A stretch of DNA of 64,000 nucleotides. Origin: an uncultured Alphaproteobacteria bacterium (lineage in GTDB: Bacteria > Pseudomonadota > Alphaproteobacteria > CAAGCB01 > CAG-977). The notes below the pieces were generated by a model, which was not told where the DNA came from, searched no databases, and saw only the letters and a list, made by a program, of their open reading frames with translations. Below, one piece after another: positions 18,166 to 28,363 of the stretch. Where the stretch lies: positions 98,410 to 162,409 of the forward strand of contig CAKQWA010000002.1 of assembly GCA_934277945.1 (NCBI GenBank), in the 5' to 3' direction. The translations under genes and the position numbers were made by a program. Each line of letters starts with the position of its first letter. Positions within the stretch are counted from its first letter, which is position 1.

Positions 18166-19163
18166 TTCAACCGTTTGAAAACATACAAAAGCAACGCCGC
18201 GAAGCCCGTCAAAACCAGCGTGACGACCAGCAGTCCGTTTTCGTCCTGCGCGAACGGAATGCCGCCGACGTTCATGCCCATCAGCCCCGTCACAAACGTC
18301 AAAGGAATGAACACCGCCGCCAAAACGGACAGCATATTAATGTTTTTCTGCGTTTCCTCGCGCACTTGGTTCGCCAGTTCGTCGATGTTGATCATCGCGC
18401 GTTCGCGCAAAGACCCGATGTCGTCCAAAATGCGCATCAGCAGGTTCGCGTTTTCGCGCAACTGGTACAGATTGTCTTTCGTCAGCCACGAAGCCGTCTG
18501 GCGCGACAAAACTTCCAACGCGTACTTTTCGGGCGACAGATAGCGGCGCATTTCCGTCAGGGCGCGGCGCATTTCGGACAAAACGGGAATGAAATTGTCC
18601 GTGTCCGTCCCTTTGATGATGTTTTCCTCCATCTCGTTCATGCGGTCGTCAAAATCGTCCACGCTTTCGATAATCTTGTCCAGATTGACGTAGCAAATCT
18701 CGTCCAGAAGTTCGCCCGCCGATTTCGGTCCTCTGCCGATTCGCAATTTCTGCTCCACGTCGATCAGGCTCAACAGCGGCGATTCGCGCACGGTGATAAT
18801 CCGTCCGCTTTCGCAATACACGCGCAGGGAAATCATGTCGTCGCGTTCTTCTCCGGGGTTCAGATTGACCGCGCGCATGAACAGCAGAAGATTGTCGCCG
18901 AACGCCATGCACCGCGGGCGCACTTCGTCCTCGTCCAACAGCAAATCGGCGATTGTCGGGTCGATTTGCCCCTTGTTGTGAATCCAGTCGTGCGTTTCGG
19001 GACGGTTCAAATCCATGTGCAACCACAAAACGCCGTCCCGCTCCGACCATGAATCCAACTCGGCGGAGGAAATATGCCGCGCGCCGCCCTCGCCGTTCAG
19101 GACGAAAGCGTATTGAAGCCATTTTTTATCGGCGGATAGCGAATTTTTCTGATCGTCCGTCAT
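18156..19163 (-). CDS. CorA-family divalent cation channel (ZntB/CorA-like, 335 aa)
   Basis: Two C-terminal TM helices with the GMN signature (GLMGMNVGGIPF). Large cytoplasmic N-terminal domain. Confidence 0.85.
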   Translation of the reverse strand: MTDDQKNSLSADKKWLQYAFVLNGEGGARHISSAELDSWSERDGVLWLHMDLNRPETHDWIHNKGQIDPTIADLLLDEDEVRPRCMAFGDNLLLFMRAVNLNPGEERDDMISLRVYCESGRIITVRESPLLSLIDVEQKLRIGRGPKSAGELLDEICYVNLDKIIESVDDFDDRMNEMEENIIKGTDTDNFIPVLSEMRRALTEMRRYLSPEKYALEVLSRQTASWLTKDNLYQLRENANLLMRILDDIGSLRERAMINIDELANQVREETQKNINMLSVLAAVFIPLTFVTGLMGMNVGGIPFAQDENGLLVVTLVLTGFAALLLYVFKRLKWL

Positions 19164-19242
19164 GATTTTCCCTTTTTGAAACCACCCCTTACGTCATACC
19201 AAAACCGCGACGCTTTTGCACGCAAATTGCGACAAAAAAATA

Positions 19243-19257
19243 TGAAAATCATTTTCA
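19243..19257. promoter_or_regulatory. perfect 7-1-7 inverted repeat TGAAAAT-C-ATTTTCA in the divergent corA-like/pepA promoter region (candidate operator)
   Basis: Seen directly in the sequence. Centred about 80 bp from the CorA-like start and about 75 bp from the pepA start. Confidence 0.4.
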
Positions 19258-19325
19258 CAGAATCGCAAAAGCGGTGTATCGTGATTGCATATTCATTCTG
19301 ACTTGAAACAAAGGACGTTGACAAG

Positions 19326-20801
19326 ATGCAAATTCTTTTTAAAAAAACGGAAATTCCGTGCGACACGACCCTGTTGATCGGCGTGCACGCGGGCAATCAA
19401 CTGTCGAAAACGGCGAAGAAAATCAACGCGCTGACGGACGGTGCATTGACGCGAATGCTCGACAATTCCGGCTTTGACGGCAAAATCGGCGAAACGTACA
19501 CCGTCGCCGGCGGCAGCGGGCTGTCCGTCAACCGCCTGATTTGCGTCGGATTGGGCGACAAGGCGGAAAGTTCCGATTTGAACGCCCAGCTGATCGGCGC
19601 CGCCGCCATGCGCGCCGTCTTGAAAACGCAGGAAAAAACCGCGGAATTCGCTACCGACGATTTGCCCGCCGCGCAAGTCGCTTTCGGCGCGAAACTGGCG
19701 GCTTACCGCTTCGACAAATACAAAACGCTCGCTCAAAAACCCGTTTTGGAACAGTTCGTCCTGCTGACCCCGCTGGCGCAGGAAGCGCAAAACGATTACG
19801 AAATCCTGTCCGCCGCCGCGAAAGGCGTCTACACCGCCCGCGATTTGATGAACGAACCGGCGAACATGATGACTCCCAAGGACTTCGCCGCCCGCGCCGA
19901 AGAATTGAAAAAATACGGGCTGACGGTCGAAATCTACGACAAAAAACAGTTGGCGTCCAAAGGCTTCAACGTGATGCTCGGCGTGGCGCAGGGCTCGGCG
20001 AACGAACCCGTGCTGGCGGTCGTGCAATGGAAAGGCGCGGCGGGCAAAGACGTGCCGTTCGTCGTCGTCGGCAAGGGCGTGTGCTTCGATTCGGGCGGAA
20101 TCAGCCTGAAACCCGCCGCCCACATGGACGAAATGAAATTCGACATGGCGGGCGCGGCAATCGCTTTGGGCACGCTGCAAACGCTCGCCATGCGCAAGGC
20201 GAAAGTCAACGCCGCCGCCGTCATGGCTTTGGTGGAAAATATGCCGTCCGGCTCGGCGCAACGCCCCGGCGACATCGTGAAATCTCTGGCGGGGCTGACC
20301 GTCGAAGTCGCCAACACCGACGCCGAGGGACGCTTGATTCTGGGCGACGCGATGTGGTACGCGCAGGAACGCTTCGCTCCCGCCGTCATGGTCGATCTGG
20401 CGACGCTGACGGGTGCGTGCGTCGTCGCTTTGGGACACGAATACGCGGGACTGTTCTCCAACGATTCGTCCGTGTGCGACGCCGTCAAAAAAGCCTCTGA
20501 CAAAACGGGCGAACGCGTCTGGGAAATGCCGCTGTGCGACGATTTCGACAAGCAAATCGAATCCGACGTGGCGGACATTCGCAACATGGGCTCCGTCGAA
20601 CGTTCCGCCGGCAGTTGCATCGCCGCCGCGTTTCTGAAACGCTTTGTCAAGCCCGAAACGAAATGGGTACATCTGGACATCGCCGGCACCGCGTATTTAA
20701 GCAAGGACACACCGCTGTCCGTCAAGGGCGCGACCGCGTTCGGCGTGCGTCTGCTGAACGCTTTTTCCAAAGATTACTTTGAGGAAAAAGCCGCCGAATA
20801 A
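19326..20801 (+). CDS. pepA: leucyl aminopeptidase (M17 family, 491 aa)
   Basis: NTDAEGRL signature (VANTDAEGRLILGDA), VGKGVCFDSGG and MKFDMAGAA motifs. Confidence 0.95.
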   Translation: MQILFKKTEIPCDTTLLIGVHAGNQLSKTAKKINALTDGALTRMLDNSGFDGKIGETYTVAGGSGLSVNRLICVGLGDKAESSDLNAQLIGAAAMRAVLKTQEKTAEFATDDLPAAQVAFGAKLAAYRFDKYKTLAQKPVLEQFVLLTPLAQEAQNDYEILSAAAKGVYTARDLMNEPANMMTPKDFAARAEELKKYGLTVEIYDKKQLASKGFNVMLGVAQGSANEPVLAVVQWKGAAGKDVPFVVVGKGVCFDSGGISLKPAAHMDEMKFDMAGAAIALGTLQTLAMRKAKVNAAAVMALVENMPSGSAQRPGDIVKSLAGLTVEVANTDAEGRLILGDAMWYAQERFAPAVMVDLATLTGACVVALGHEYAGLFSNDSSVCDAVKKASDKTGERVWEMPLCDDFDKQIESDVADIRNMGSVERSAGSCIAAAFLKRFVKPETKWVHLDIAGTAYLSKDTPLSVKGATAFGVRLLNAFSKDYFEEKAAE

Positions 20802-20814
20802 GTACGGCTTTAAC

Positions 20815-20859
20815 AAAAACGACTCCGCGCGGATTGCCGTTCGCGCGGAGTCTTTTTTA
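20815..20859 (+). terminator. rho-independent terminator after pepA
   Basis: gactccgcgcg-gattgccgtt-cgcgcggagtc hairpin followed by ttttttat. Confidence 0.85.
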
Positions 20860-20939
20860 TACCCGCTTTCGATTATCTGACCGAAAATCCGTCTGTATGC
20901 GCGCCGCGTTTCGCCGTACTCTGTATGCGGAGGTGAGAC

Positions 20940-21332
20940 ATGCCCTATTATTCCGACTGGTACGAAACTTTGATTTTGCCGCCGCTGACGCCCGCCGCCG
21001 AAGCGTTCCCGACGGTCTGGACGATTCTGTACGCCATGCTCGCGGTGTCGTTTTTACTCTATTTAACCGCGCCGCACGACAAATCCAAAAAAGCGGGCTA
21101 CATCTGGTTTTTGGCGCAGTTGGCGCTGAATCTGGCGTGGTCGCCCGTGTTTTTCGGTATGCAGAGTCCGATCGGCGCGCTGTGCATCCTTGTCGCGCTG
21201 GTTGTCTGCCTGCTAGCGACTCTGCGCCGGTTCTACGCCGTTTCAACATTGTCCGTCCTGTTTTTACTGCCCTACACGCTGTGGTGCCTGTTCGCCTTGT
21301 ATTTGAACATCGGCATCGTCGCGCTGAATTAA
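20940..21332 (+). CDS. tspO: TspO/MBR-family (tryptophan-rich sensory protein) homolog, short form (130 aa) lacking the usual first TM helix
   Basis: WYETLILPPLTPAAEAFPTVWTILYAMLAVSF matches the conserved TspO region after TM1. Four further TM helices. Good RBS ggaggtgagac before the ATG. No in-frame upstream extension is available. Confidence 0.65.
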   Translation: MPYYSDWYETLILPPLTPAAEAFPTVWTILYAMLAVSFLLYLTAPHDKSKKAGYIWFLAQLALNLAWSPVFFGMQSPIGALCILVALVVCLLATLRRFYAVSTLSVLFLLPYTLWCLFALYLNIGIVALN

Positions 21333-21356
21333 GGCTTTGAATTGAAAACGGCGATA

Positions 21357-21395
21357 TGAAAAAAGCCCCTGAAACTTTCGCTTCGGGGGCTTAAT
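21357..21395. terminator. bidirectional terminator between tspO (+) and rplQ (-)
   Basis: A-run + gcccctgaa ... ttcgggggc hairpin + ttaatt. Confidence 0.6.
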
Positions 21396-21414
21396 TCATT
21401 TCCAAGCAACCGGA

Positions 21415-21828
21415 TTATTCGGCTTTCGCTTCAACAACGGGAGCGCCCGAATCCAATCCTTTCGCGTTGACGTCGCGATCGACCAGTTCGATGATCGCCA
21501 ACGGCGCGCAGTCGCCATAGCGCAGACCCGCTTTCAAAACGCGGGTGTAGCCGCCCTGACGGTCTTTGTAGCGCACAGCGACGACCGAAATCAGTTTTTC
21601 GACCATCTTTTCGTCGCGCAGGAAAGAAATCAACTGGCGGCGTTTGTGCAGATCAGCCGCTTTCGCGGTCGTGATCAGTTTCTCAAAGACAGGACGCAGT
21701 TCCTTGGCTTTGGGTAAAGTGGTTTTGATTTGTTCGTGCTTAATCAGAGCGTTCGCCATATTGGCAAACATCGCACGACGGTGAGCAAACGATTTGTTCA
21801 GTTTGCGCTTTGCATTACGATGATTCAT
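21415..21828 (-). CDS. rplQ: 50S ribosomal protein L17
   Basis: 137 aa, L17 family sequence, last gene of the alpha operon. Confidence 0.95.
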   Translation of the reverse strand: MNHRNAKRKLNKSFAHRRAMFANMANALIKHEQIKTTLPKAKELRPVFEKLITTAKAADLHKRRQLISFLRDEKMVEKLISVVAVRYKDRQGGYTRVLKAGLRYGDCAPLAIIELVDRDVNAKGLDSGAPVVEAKAE

Positions 21829-21959
21829 GTTAATTTCTCCCTTAATGTGTTTCGATGACGAAACGGATAATTACACCCGCCGCACCGCTTTCTTAAAATT
21901 CATCGTTCTTTTAAGATCCCGTATGTAGCGGTGACGCTTCGACCGAAGCGTCGATGTTG

Positions 21960-22970
21960 TCAGAACGGTTCTTCCAAGCCTTTGGAGAGCGTTTCCAGAT
22001 TTTCAGGAGGCCAACCCTCGACTTCCATACCCAGATGCAACCCCATCTGCGAGAGCACTTCCTTGATTTCGTTCAAGGACTTGCGCCCGAAGTTCGGCGT
22101 GCGGAGCATTTCCGATTCCGTTTTCTGCACCAAATCGCCGATGTAAACGATGTTGTCGTTTTTCAGGCAATTCGCGGAACGGACGGACAATTCCAATTCG
22201 TCCACCTTGCGCAACAGGTTGCGGTTGAAAGGCAATTCGTCTTTCTGCGCGTCCTGCGCGTCGTCTTCGGGTTCTTCGAAATTGATGAACAATTTCAGCT
22301 GATCCTGCAAAATGCGCGCCGCATAGGCAATCGCGTCTTCGGGTTTGACCGTGCCGTTCGTTTCCACCGTCAAGGACAGTTTGTCGTAGTTCGTAATCTG
22401 TCCGACGCGGGCGTTTTCGACCGTGTAGAACGCTTTGACGACGGGGCTGAAAATCGAATCGACGGGAATCAAACCGATGGGGCAATCTTCCGGACGGTTC
22501 GCGGACGCGGGGACATAGCCCTTGCCCGTGCCGACGATCAATTCCATATTCAATTCCGCGTCTTTATCCAACGTGCAAATGACCAATTCGGGATTTTTGA
22601 TTTCGACATCGTGTCCCGTTTCAATCATTGCCGCCGTCACTTCGCACGGTCCTTTCACCTTCAAATACATACGGCGGGAACCTTCGCCGTCGTAGCTCAA
22701 CGCCAGCATTTTGATGTTCAGAATGATATCGGAAACATCTTCGCGCACGCCGGATACGGACGAAAATTCATGCAATACGCCGTCGATTTTGATGGCGGTA
22801 ACCGCCGCGCCTTGCAACGACGACAACAAAATACGGCGCAAAGCGTTGCCCAGCGTCATGCCGAAGCCGCGTTCCAGCGGTTCAACGACGACCGTCGCCT
22901 TGCATTCGCCGTCATGTGCGACGTCAATGTTGTTCGGCTTAATCAAATCCTGCCAATTTTTTTGAATCAC
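21960..22970 (-). CDS. rpoA: DNA-directed RNA polymerase alpha subunit
   Basis: 336 aa, N-terminal dimerisation domain and alpha-CTD. Confidence 0.97.
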   Translation of the reverse strand: MIQKNWQDLIKPNNIDVAHDGECKATVVVEPLERGFGMTLGNALRRILLSSLQGAAVTAIKIDGVLHEFSSVSGVREDVSDIILNIKMLALSYDGEGSRRMYLKVKGPCEVTAAMIETGHDVEIKNPELVICTLDKDAELNMELIVGTGKGYVPASANRPEDCPIGLIPVDSIFSPVVKAFYTVENARVGQITNYDKLSLTVETNGTVKPEDAIAYAARILQDQLKLFINFEEPEDDAQDAQKDELPFNRNLLRKVDELELSVRSANCLKNDNIVYIGDLVQKTESEMLRTPNFGRKSLNEIKEVLSQMGLHLGMEVEGWPPENLETLSKGLEEPF

Positions 22971-23026
22971 GGATAAATCTCCTGCGAAATGTATCTTGCG
23001 ATACTGTTGTTATCGGAAATCCTCAA

Positions 23027-23422
23027 TTACACGCGACGACGCTTACGAGGACGGCAACCGTTGTGCGGAACCGCCGTAACGTCGCGAATCGCCGTAATGA
23101 CGAAACCGACAGACTGCAACGCGCGCAGAGCGGATTCACGTCCCGAACCGGGACCTTTCACCCACACTTCCAACATTTTCAGACCGTGTTCGGCGGCTTT
23201 GCGACCGGCGTCTTCCGCCGTCACCTGCGCGGCGTACGGAGTCGCTTTGCGCGATCCCTTAAAGCCGTGCGCGCCCGAAGAAGACCACGACACCGCGTTG
23301 CCCTGAGCATCCGTAATTGTTACTTTCGTGTTGTTGAACGTCGAATTGACGTGCGCAACACCCGAAGTGATATTTTTGCGTTCACGTTTTTTTGTACGTG
23401 CCGTAACTGCTGCTTTAGCCAT
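23027..23422 (-). CDS. rpsK: 30S ribosomal protein S11
   Basis: 131 aa S11 family. Confidence 0.95.
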   Translation of the reverse strand: MAKAAVTARTKKRERKNITSGVAHVNSTFNNTKVTITDAQGNAVSWSSSGAHGFKGSRKATPYAAQVTAEDAGRKAAEHGLKMLEVWVKGPGSGRESALRALQSVGFVITAIRDVTAVPHNGCRPRKRRRV

Positions 23423-23441
23423 TTCTATCGCCTTTCTTCAC

Positions 23442-23816
23442 TTAAACTGCTTTTTTCTTACCGGCGATGGGCTTCGCGGGACCTTTACGGGTGCGCGCAT
23501 TCGTGTGGGTGCGCTGTCCGCGGACGGGCAGACCCTTACGATGACGCAGACCGCGGTAGCAGCCCAAATCCATCAACCGCTTGATGTTGACGCCGACTTC
23601 ACGGCGAAGTTCGCCTTCAACGTGATATTCGTGGTCAATCAATTCGCGGAGTTTCAACACATCGTCATCCGTCAGCTCGTTCACACGCTGAGCGTCTTGG
23701 ATGCCGATTTTCTCGCAAATTTCGCGAGCCTTTGTCCGACCGATGCCGTGAATGTACGTCAACGCAATCACGACACGTTTATTCGTCGGAATATTTACAC
23801 CAGCTATACGCGCCAA
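23442..23816 (-). CDS. rpsM: 30S ribosomal protein S13
   Basis: 124 aa, [10 protein letters not shown] start. Confidence 0.95.
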   Translation of the reverse strand: MARIAGVNIPTNKRVVIALTYIHGIGRTKAREICEKIGIQDAQRVNELTDDDVLKLRELIDHEYHVEGELRREVGVNIKRLMDLGCYRGLRHRKGLPVRGQRTHTNARTRKGPAKPIAGKKKAV

Positions 23817-23926
23817 GTTATATTCTCCTATTACAAATCAAAACCTGCCCGTTCCGTTATGAAACGGACACACAAAACAAGCGACGGTTTTTCTCTGCGG
23901 CCGCCTCTTGCCTTTTAAGAGTGGGA

Positions 23927-23954
23927 ATTATACTTGATTCCCAGCCCTTGTCAA
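23927..23954 (-). promoter_or_regulatory. sigma-70-type promoter in the adk-rpsM gap (TTGACA-16 nt-TATAAT) for the rpsM-rpsK-rpoA-rplQ unit
   Basis: Minus-strand sense reads cgcTTGACAagggctgggaatcaagTATAATtccc. A small hairpin (tccgtt-tcata-aacgga) follows in the rpsM leader. Confidence 0.6.
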
Positions 23955-23964
23955 GCGATTGGTG

Positions 23965-24627
23965 TTACATTCCAATCACTTTTTTAATCTTTTCCGCGAC
24001 CTCGTCGATCGCGCCCGTCCCGTCGATGACGGATAACAACCCCTCGTATTCGTAATACGGCAACACGGGAGTCGTCACGGCGTAATACGTTTTCAGACGC
24101 GACACGACCGTTTCCCAGTTGTCGTCCTGCCGTCTGATAAAGTGCGTTCCCTTACATTCGTCGCAAACGCCGAACACTTTTGTCGGTTTCAGCGTGTCAT
24201 GGTACATCGCGCCGCACTGCGCGCACGAAAAACGACCGATGACGCGCTGGATGATCAAATCGTCCGGCACTTGAATCTCAATCACGTTGTCCAGACGGCG
24301 CCCTTTTTCAAAAAGCAGTTCGTCCAAAGCCTTGGCTTGCGGCAACGTGCGCGGAAAACCGTCCAAAATGAAGCCGTTTGCGCAATCGGGCTTGTCCAAA
24401 CGTTCGGAAATCAGCGATACAATCATTTCGTCGGGAACGAACTTGCCCTTGTCAATCAGTTCTTTCGCCGCCAATCCCAGCGGAGTCCCGCTTCTGCCGG
24501 CGTTGCGCAACATCTCGCCCGTCGACAGATGAGGCACTTCCAAACGGTCGCGCAAAATGCGCGCCTGCGTCCCCTTGCCGCCGCCGGGGGGAGCCATCAA
24601 TACAAGATGTTTCCCTTTTGCAATCAC
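23965..24627 (-). CDS. adk: adenylate kinase with Zn-ribbon lid (CxxC...CxxC)
   Basis: P-loop MAPPGGGKGTQ. Lid motif CAQCGAMYH...CDECKG. Its position between secY and rpsM is the alphaproteobacterial arrangement. Confidence 0.95.
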   Translation of the reverse strand: MIAKGKHLVLMAPPGGGKGTQARILRDRLEVPHLSTGEMLRNAGRSGTPLGLAAKELIDKGKFVPDEMIVSLISERLDKPDCANGFILDGFPRTLPQAKALDELLFEKGRRLDNVIEIQVPDDLIIQRVIGRFSCAQCGAMYHDTLKPTKVFGVCDECKGTHFIRRQDDNWETVVSRLKTYYAVTTPVLPYYEYEGLLSVIDGTGAIDEVAEKIKKVIGM

Positions 24628-25973
24628 TTTTTGCGTCCTTTTAATTTCGCTTTTTTCATCAAGCCCTCATACTGATGCGCGATCAGGTGGGATTGAATCT
24701 GCGTCGCGAATTCCATTGTCACGGAAACAACGATCAACAGCGTCGTGCCGCCCAAAATGAACGGAACCGAGAATTTCGCAATCAAAATTTCCGGCAAACA
24801 GCACAAAGCCGCCAAATACGCCGCGCCCAAAACCGTCAGACGCGTGATGACGTAATCCAGATAATCCGCCGTGCTTTTTCCCGGACGGATGCCCGCGACA
24901 AAGCCGCCCTGCTTTTTCAGATTATCCGCCGTTTCTTCGGGATTGAACACAACCGCCGTGTAGAAGAACGTGAAAAAGATAATCAGCAGCGCGTACAGCG
25001 ACAGATAGACAGGCTGACCATGCGCCAAAACCTGCGACAGCGTGGCAATCCAGTCGGGCGTGTTCGCGCTTTTCGCGGAAAAATCGACAATGGTCATCGG
25101 CAACAGCAACAGCGAGCTGGCAAAAATCGGCGGGATAACGCCCGTCGGATTGATTTTCAACGGCAGATGCGAATTTTCGCCGCCCATCATGCGCCCGCCC
25201 ATTTGACGCTTCGGATACTGAATCAGAATACGGCGCTGGGCGCGTTCCATAAAGACGACAATGTAAATCAGCGCCAGAATGATGAACAGGAACATCAGCA
25301 AAACCCATGAACCCAACTGTCCGACGCGTCCCAATTCAAACGTTTGCGCCAAAGCCATCGGAATCCCCGCGACAATGCCCGCCGTGATGATCAGCGACGA
25401 ACCGTTGCCCACGCCGCGCGACGTAATCTGATCGCCCAGCCACACGATGAACATCGTGCCGCCCAGCAGGGACACGACCGTCGTAAAGCGGAACCACATC
25501 CCCGGATTGATGACGGCGGAATATCCCGCCGCACCCGTTGCGGCTTCCAATGTCAGCGCCAGACCGTAGCCCTGAATGATCGTAATCAGAACCGTCAGGT
25601 AGCGCGTGTACTCGTTCATCTTGCGATGACCCGATTCGCCCTCTTTTTTCAGCGCCATCAGCGACGGAACGACGGACGCGCCCAGCTGAATGATAATCGA
25701 CGCCGAAATGTACGGCATAATGTTTAAAGCAAAAAGCGTCATACGCGACAGCGCGCCGCCGGTGAACATATTGAACATTCCCAGAATACCGCTGGCGTTG
25801 CGTTCAAAAATTTCCGTCAGAATCGCCGAATTGATGCCGGGCAAAGGGATGAACGTCCCGATTCGGTACACGATCAGTGCTCCCAAAGTGAACACCAAAC
25901 GTTTTTTCAAATCGGACGCTTTTGAAAACGATTCCCAATTCAAACCCGCAGCCATTTTGTCAACTGACGCCAT
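24624..25973 (-). CDS. secY: preprotein translocase subunit SecY
   Basis: 449 aa, 10 TM helices, typical SecY sequence. Confidence 0.97.
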   Translation of the reverse strand: MASVDKMAAGLNWESFSKASDLKKRLVFTLGALIVYRIGTFIPLPGINSAILTEIFERNASGILGMFNMFTGGALSRMTLFALNIMPYISASIIIQLGASVVPSLMALKKEGESGHRKMNEYTRYLTVLITIIQGYGLALTLEAATGAAGYSAVINPGMWFRFTTVVSLLGGTMFIVWLGDQITSRGVGNGSSLIITAGIVAGIPMALAQTFELGRVGQLGSWVLLMFLFIILALIYIVVFMERAQRRILIQYPKRQMGGRMMGGENSHLPLKINPTGVIPPIFASSLLLLPMTIVDFSAKSANTPDWIATLSQVLAHGQPVYLSLYALLIIFFTFFYTAVVFNPEETADNLKKQGGFVAGIRPGKSTADYLDYVITRLTVLGAAYLAALCCLPEILIAKFSVPFILGGTTLLIVVSVTMEFATQIQSHLIAHQYEGLMKKAKLKGRKK

Positions 25974-26061
25974 TTTTGTCGCTCTTTTCTTTAAAAATTA
26001 TGTCACACAAGAACCGCAAAAGAGAAGATACTCCTCTTTTGCGGCATACATTACATTTGAA

Positions 26062-26517
26062 TCAACCGACGATAACCTGACCGCCGACTTTTTCGACAGC
26101 CGCTTTCGCCGCTTCCGAAGCACCGGCAACCTTAATGGTGATCTTCGCCGTCAATTCGCCTTTCGCCAGCAGGCGAAGTCCGTCGTAGCTGTGTTTGATA
26201 ACACCTTTTTCGACCAAAACATCGGCGTTGATTTCCGCCGCCGCGTCCAAAATGCCCTTGTCAATGGCCGCTTGCAAACGACCCAAGTTCACTTCCGCAA
26301 ATTTGTCGGCGAAAATGTTGTTAAAACCGCGTTTCGGCATACGACGGTACAAAGGCATTTGACCGCCTTCAAAACCGTTGATGGCAACACCGGTACGCGC
26401 CGTCTGACCTTTACCGCCGCGGCCGCCGGTTTTACCCTTGCCGCTGCCGATACCGCGGCAAATGCGCATACGGCTCTTTCTGGCGCCTTCGTTGTCACGA
26501 ATTTCATTTAACTTCAT
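26062..26517 (-). CDS. rplO: 50S ribosomal protein L15
   Basis: Start set at MKLNEIRD (ATG 26517); the ORF track start at 26553 adds an implausible 12-aa extension. Confidence 0.9.
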   Translation of the reverse strand: MKLNEIRDNEGARKSRMRICRGIGSGKGKTGGRGGKGQTARTGVAINGFEGGQMPLYRRMPKRGFNNIFADKFAEVNLGRLQAAIDKGILDAAAEINADVLVEKGVIKHSYDGLRLLAKGELTAKITIKVAGASEAAKAAVEKVGGQVIVG

Positions 26518-26601
26518 TTTTCTGTCTCGCTTTAAAAAGATGCGTCGCCGCATCGCTTAAAAAACTTTTGAAAGCCCTTGTTTCGCGCAAGGGCTTTCCC
26601 C

Positions 26602-26796
26602 TTACTTGTCTTCGGAGACCGTCACCAAGTGGGCGACTTTTTCAATCATGCCGCGAACCGCCGGCGTATCCAGCAATTCTTTTTTCGCGTGCATTTTTTT
26701 CAGCCCCAGACCGACCATCGTCGCTCTTTGCTGTTTCGTCGCACCGATGATGCTTCCCGTTTGTTCAACAATCAGCTTTTTTTCCGCTTTTGTCAT
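26602..26796 (-). CDS. rpmD: 50S ribosomal protein L30
   Basis: 64 aa, L30 family. Confidence 0.9.
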   Translation of the reverse strand: MTKAEKKLIVEQTGSIIGATKQQRATMVGLGLKKMHAKKELLDTPAVRGMIEKVAHLVTVSEDK

Positions 26797-26802
26797 CGTT
26801 CA

Positions 26803-27426
26803 TTACTCCTTAACGGCGGCTTCGGCGTTTGCGCCGTCGCGACGACCGACGATGTCACCGACTTTTTTGCCGCGTTTGGCAGCAACCGCGCGAGGCGAGC
26901 TGACCGCTTTCAACGCGTCGAAAGTCGCTTTGATCATGTTGTGCGGATTCTGCGAACCGAGAGATTTCGCAACGACGTCCTGAATGCCCATCGTTTCAAA
27001 AACGGCGCGCATAGGACCGCCGGCAATGATTCCCGTACCGGCGGGAGCCGTGCGCAACACGACTTTGCCGGCGCCGAATCTGCCGACCGCGTCATGATGC
27101 AACGTGCGACCTTCGCGCAAGGGAATGCGGATCATGTCTTTTTTCGCCTTGTCGGTCGCTTTGCGAATCGCTTCGGGAACTTCGCGCGCTTTGCCCGTGC
27201 CGTAACCGACGCGACCGCGCTGATCACCGACGACGACTAACGCCGCGAAAGCCATACGGCGACCGCCTTTGACCGTCTTGGCAACGCGATTGACGTGAAC
27301 CAGTTTGTCGATGATTTCATCGGCTTCGTGATCGGCGCGGTCAGCGCGCTGATCGTTGCGTTCGCGTTCGTTTTCGCGTTCTTTGCCCCCTCTGGGGCGA
27401 CGTTCTTCATTATTTGTACGTGCCAT
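26803..27426 (-). CDS. rpsE: 30S ribosomal protein S5
   Basis: 207 aa with a basic N-terminal extension and S5 dsRBD plus C-terminal domain. Confidence 0.95.
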   Translation of the reverse strand: MARTNNEERRPRGGKERENERERNDQRADRADHEADEIIDKLVHVNRVAKTVKGGRRMAFAALVVVGDQRGRVGYGTGKAREVPEAIRKATDKAKKDMIRIPLREGRTLHHDAVGRFGAGKVVLRTAPAGTGIIAGGPMRAVFETMGIQDVVAKSLGSQNPHNMIKATFDALKAVSSPRAVAAKRGKKVGDIVGRRDGANAEAAVKE

Positions 27427-27437
27427 ATCTTTATTCC

Positions 27438-27800
27438 TTAGAACGACAGACCGGCTTCACGAGCCGCTTCCGCCAAAGCCTTAACTCTGCCATGGTAGAC
27501 ATACGCGCCGCGATCGAAAACAACGGTTGTGACACCGGCTTTCAACGCGCGTTCAGCCACCAATTTGCCGACGGCGCTCGCCGCCGCGATATCGGAACCC
27601 TTCTTCAAGACGGATTTCAAATCCTTGTCCAAAGAAGACGCGGCAGCCAGCGTTTTTCCCTGTTTGTCGTCAATAACCTGAGCATAGATATGCTGTCCCG
27701 AACGGAACACGGACAAACGGGCGCGATCTCCCGCTTTGCAGCGAAGGGCGTAGCGGGTGCGCGCCTGACGGCGCATGAATGTAAAATCAGCTTTATTCAT
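27438..27800 (-). CDS. rplR: 50S ribosomal protein L18
   Basis: 120 aa. Confidence 0.93.
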   Translation of the reverse strand: MNKADFTFMRRQARTRYALRCKAGDRARLSVFRSGQHIYAQVIDDKQGKTLAAASSLDKDLKSVLKKGSDIAAASAVGKLVAERALKAGVTTVVFDRGAYVYHGRVKALAEAAREAGLSF

Positions 27801-27816
27801 TTTTCATTACTCCCAC

Positions 27817-28353
27817 TTACTTCTTCTTGCCTTCTTTGCGCAAGATGAATTCGCCTTCGTACTTGATGCCTTTGCCCTTGTAGGGTTCGGGCGGACGATA
27901 CGCACGGATTTCAGAAGCCATCTGACCGACTTTTTCTTTCGAAATGCCGGAGATTTCAACGTTCGTCGGCGTAGCGCAGACGACTTTGATGCCTTCGGGG
28001 ATTTCATAGTCGATGTCGTGGCTGAAACCAAGGTTCAATTTCAGGACTTTGCCCTGCACCTGCGCCTTGTAGCCGACGCCGACGATTTCCAGTTTCTTGG
28101 AGAAACCTTCGCTGACGCCTTTGACAATGTTGTTGATACGGGCGCGCGCCGTTCCCCACATGCTGCGGTTGATACCTTCTTCATGCTCGACGGGCGAAAC
28201 CCAAATTTTGTTGTCTTCCAATTTCAAAGCGACATATTCGCCGGCTTTATAGGACAATTCGCCCATTTTGCCTTTGGCGGAAATGGTGTCGCCTTTAATC
28301 GTCACCGTAACGCCTTCGGGGACAATGACAGGATATTTACCAACTCTTGACAT
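27817..28353 (-). CDS. rplF: 50S ribosomal protein L6
   Basis: Start set at MSRVGKYPV (ATG 28353); the ORF track start at 28398 is a spurious extension. Confidence 0.92.
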   Translation of the reverse strand: MSRVGKYPVIVPEGVTVTIKGDTISAKGKMGELSYKAGEYVALKLEDNKIWVSPVEHEEGINRSMWGTARARINNIVKGVSEGFSKKLEIVGVGYKAQVQGKVLKLNLGFSHDIDYEIPEGIKVVCATPTNVEISGISKEKVGQMASEIRAYRPPEPYKGKGIKYEGEFILRKEGKKK

Positions 28354-28363
28354 CGCTTCCCCC

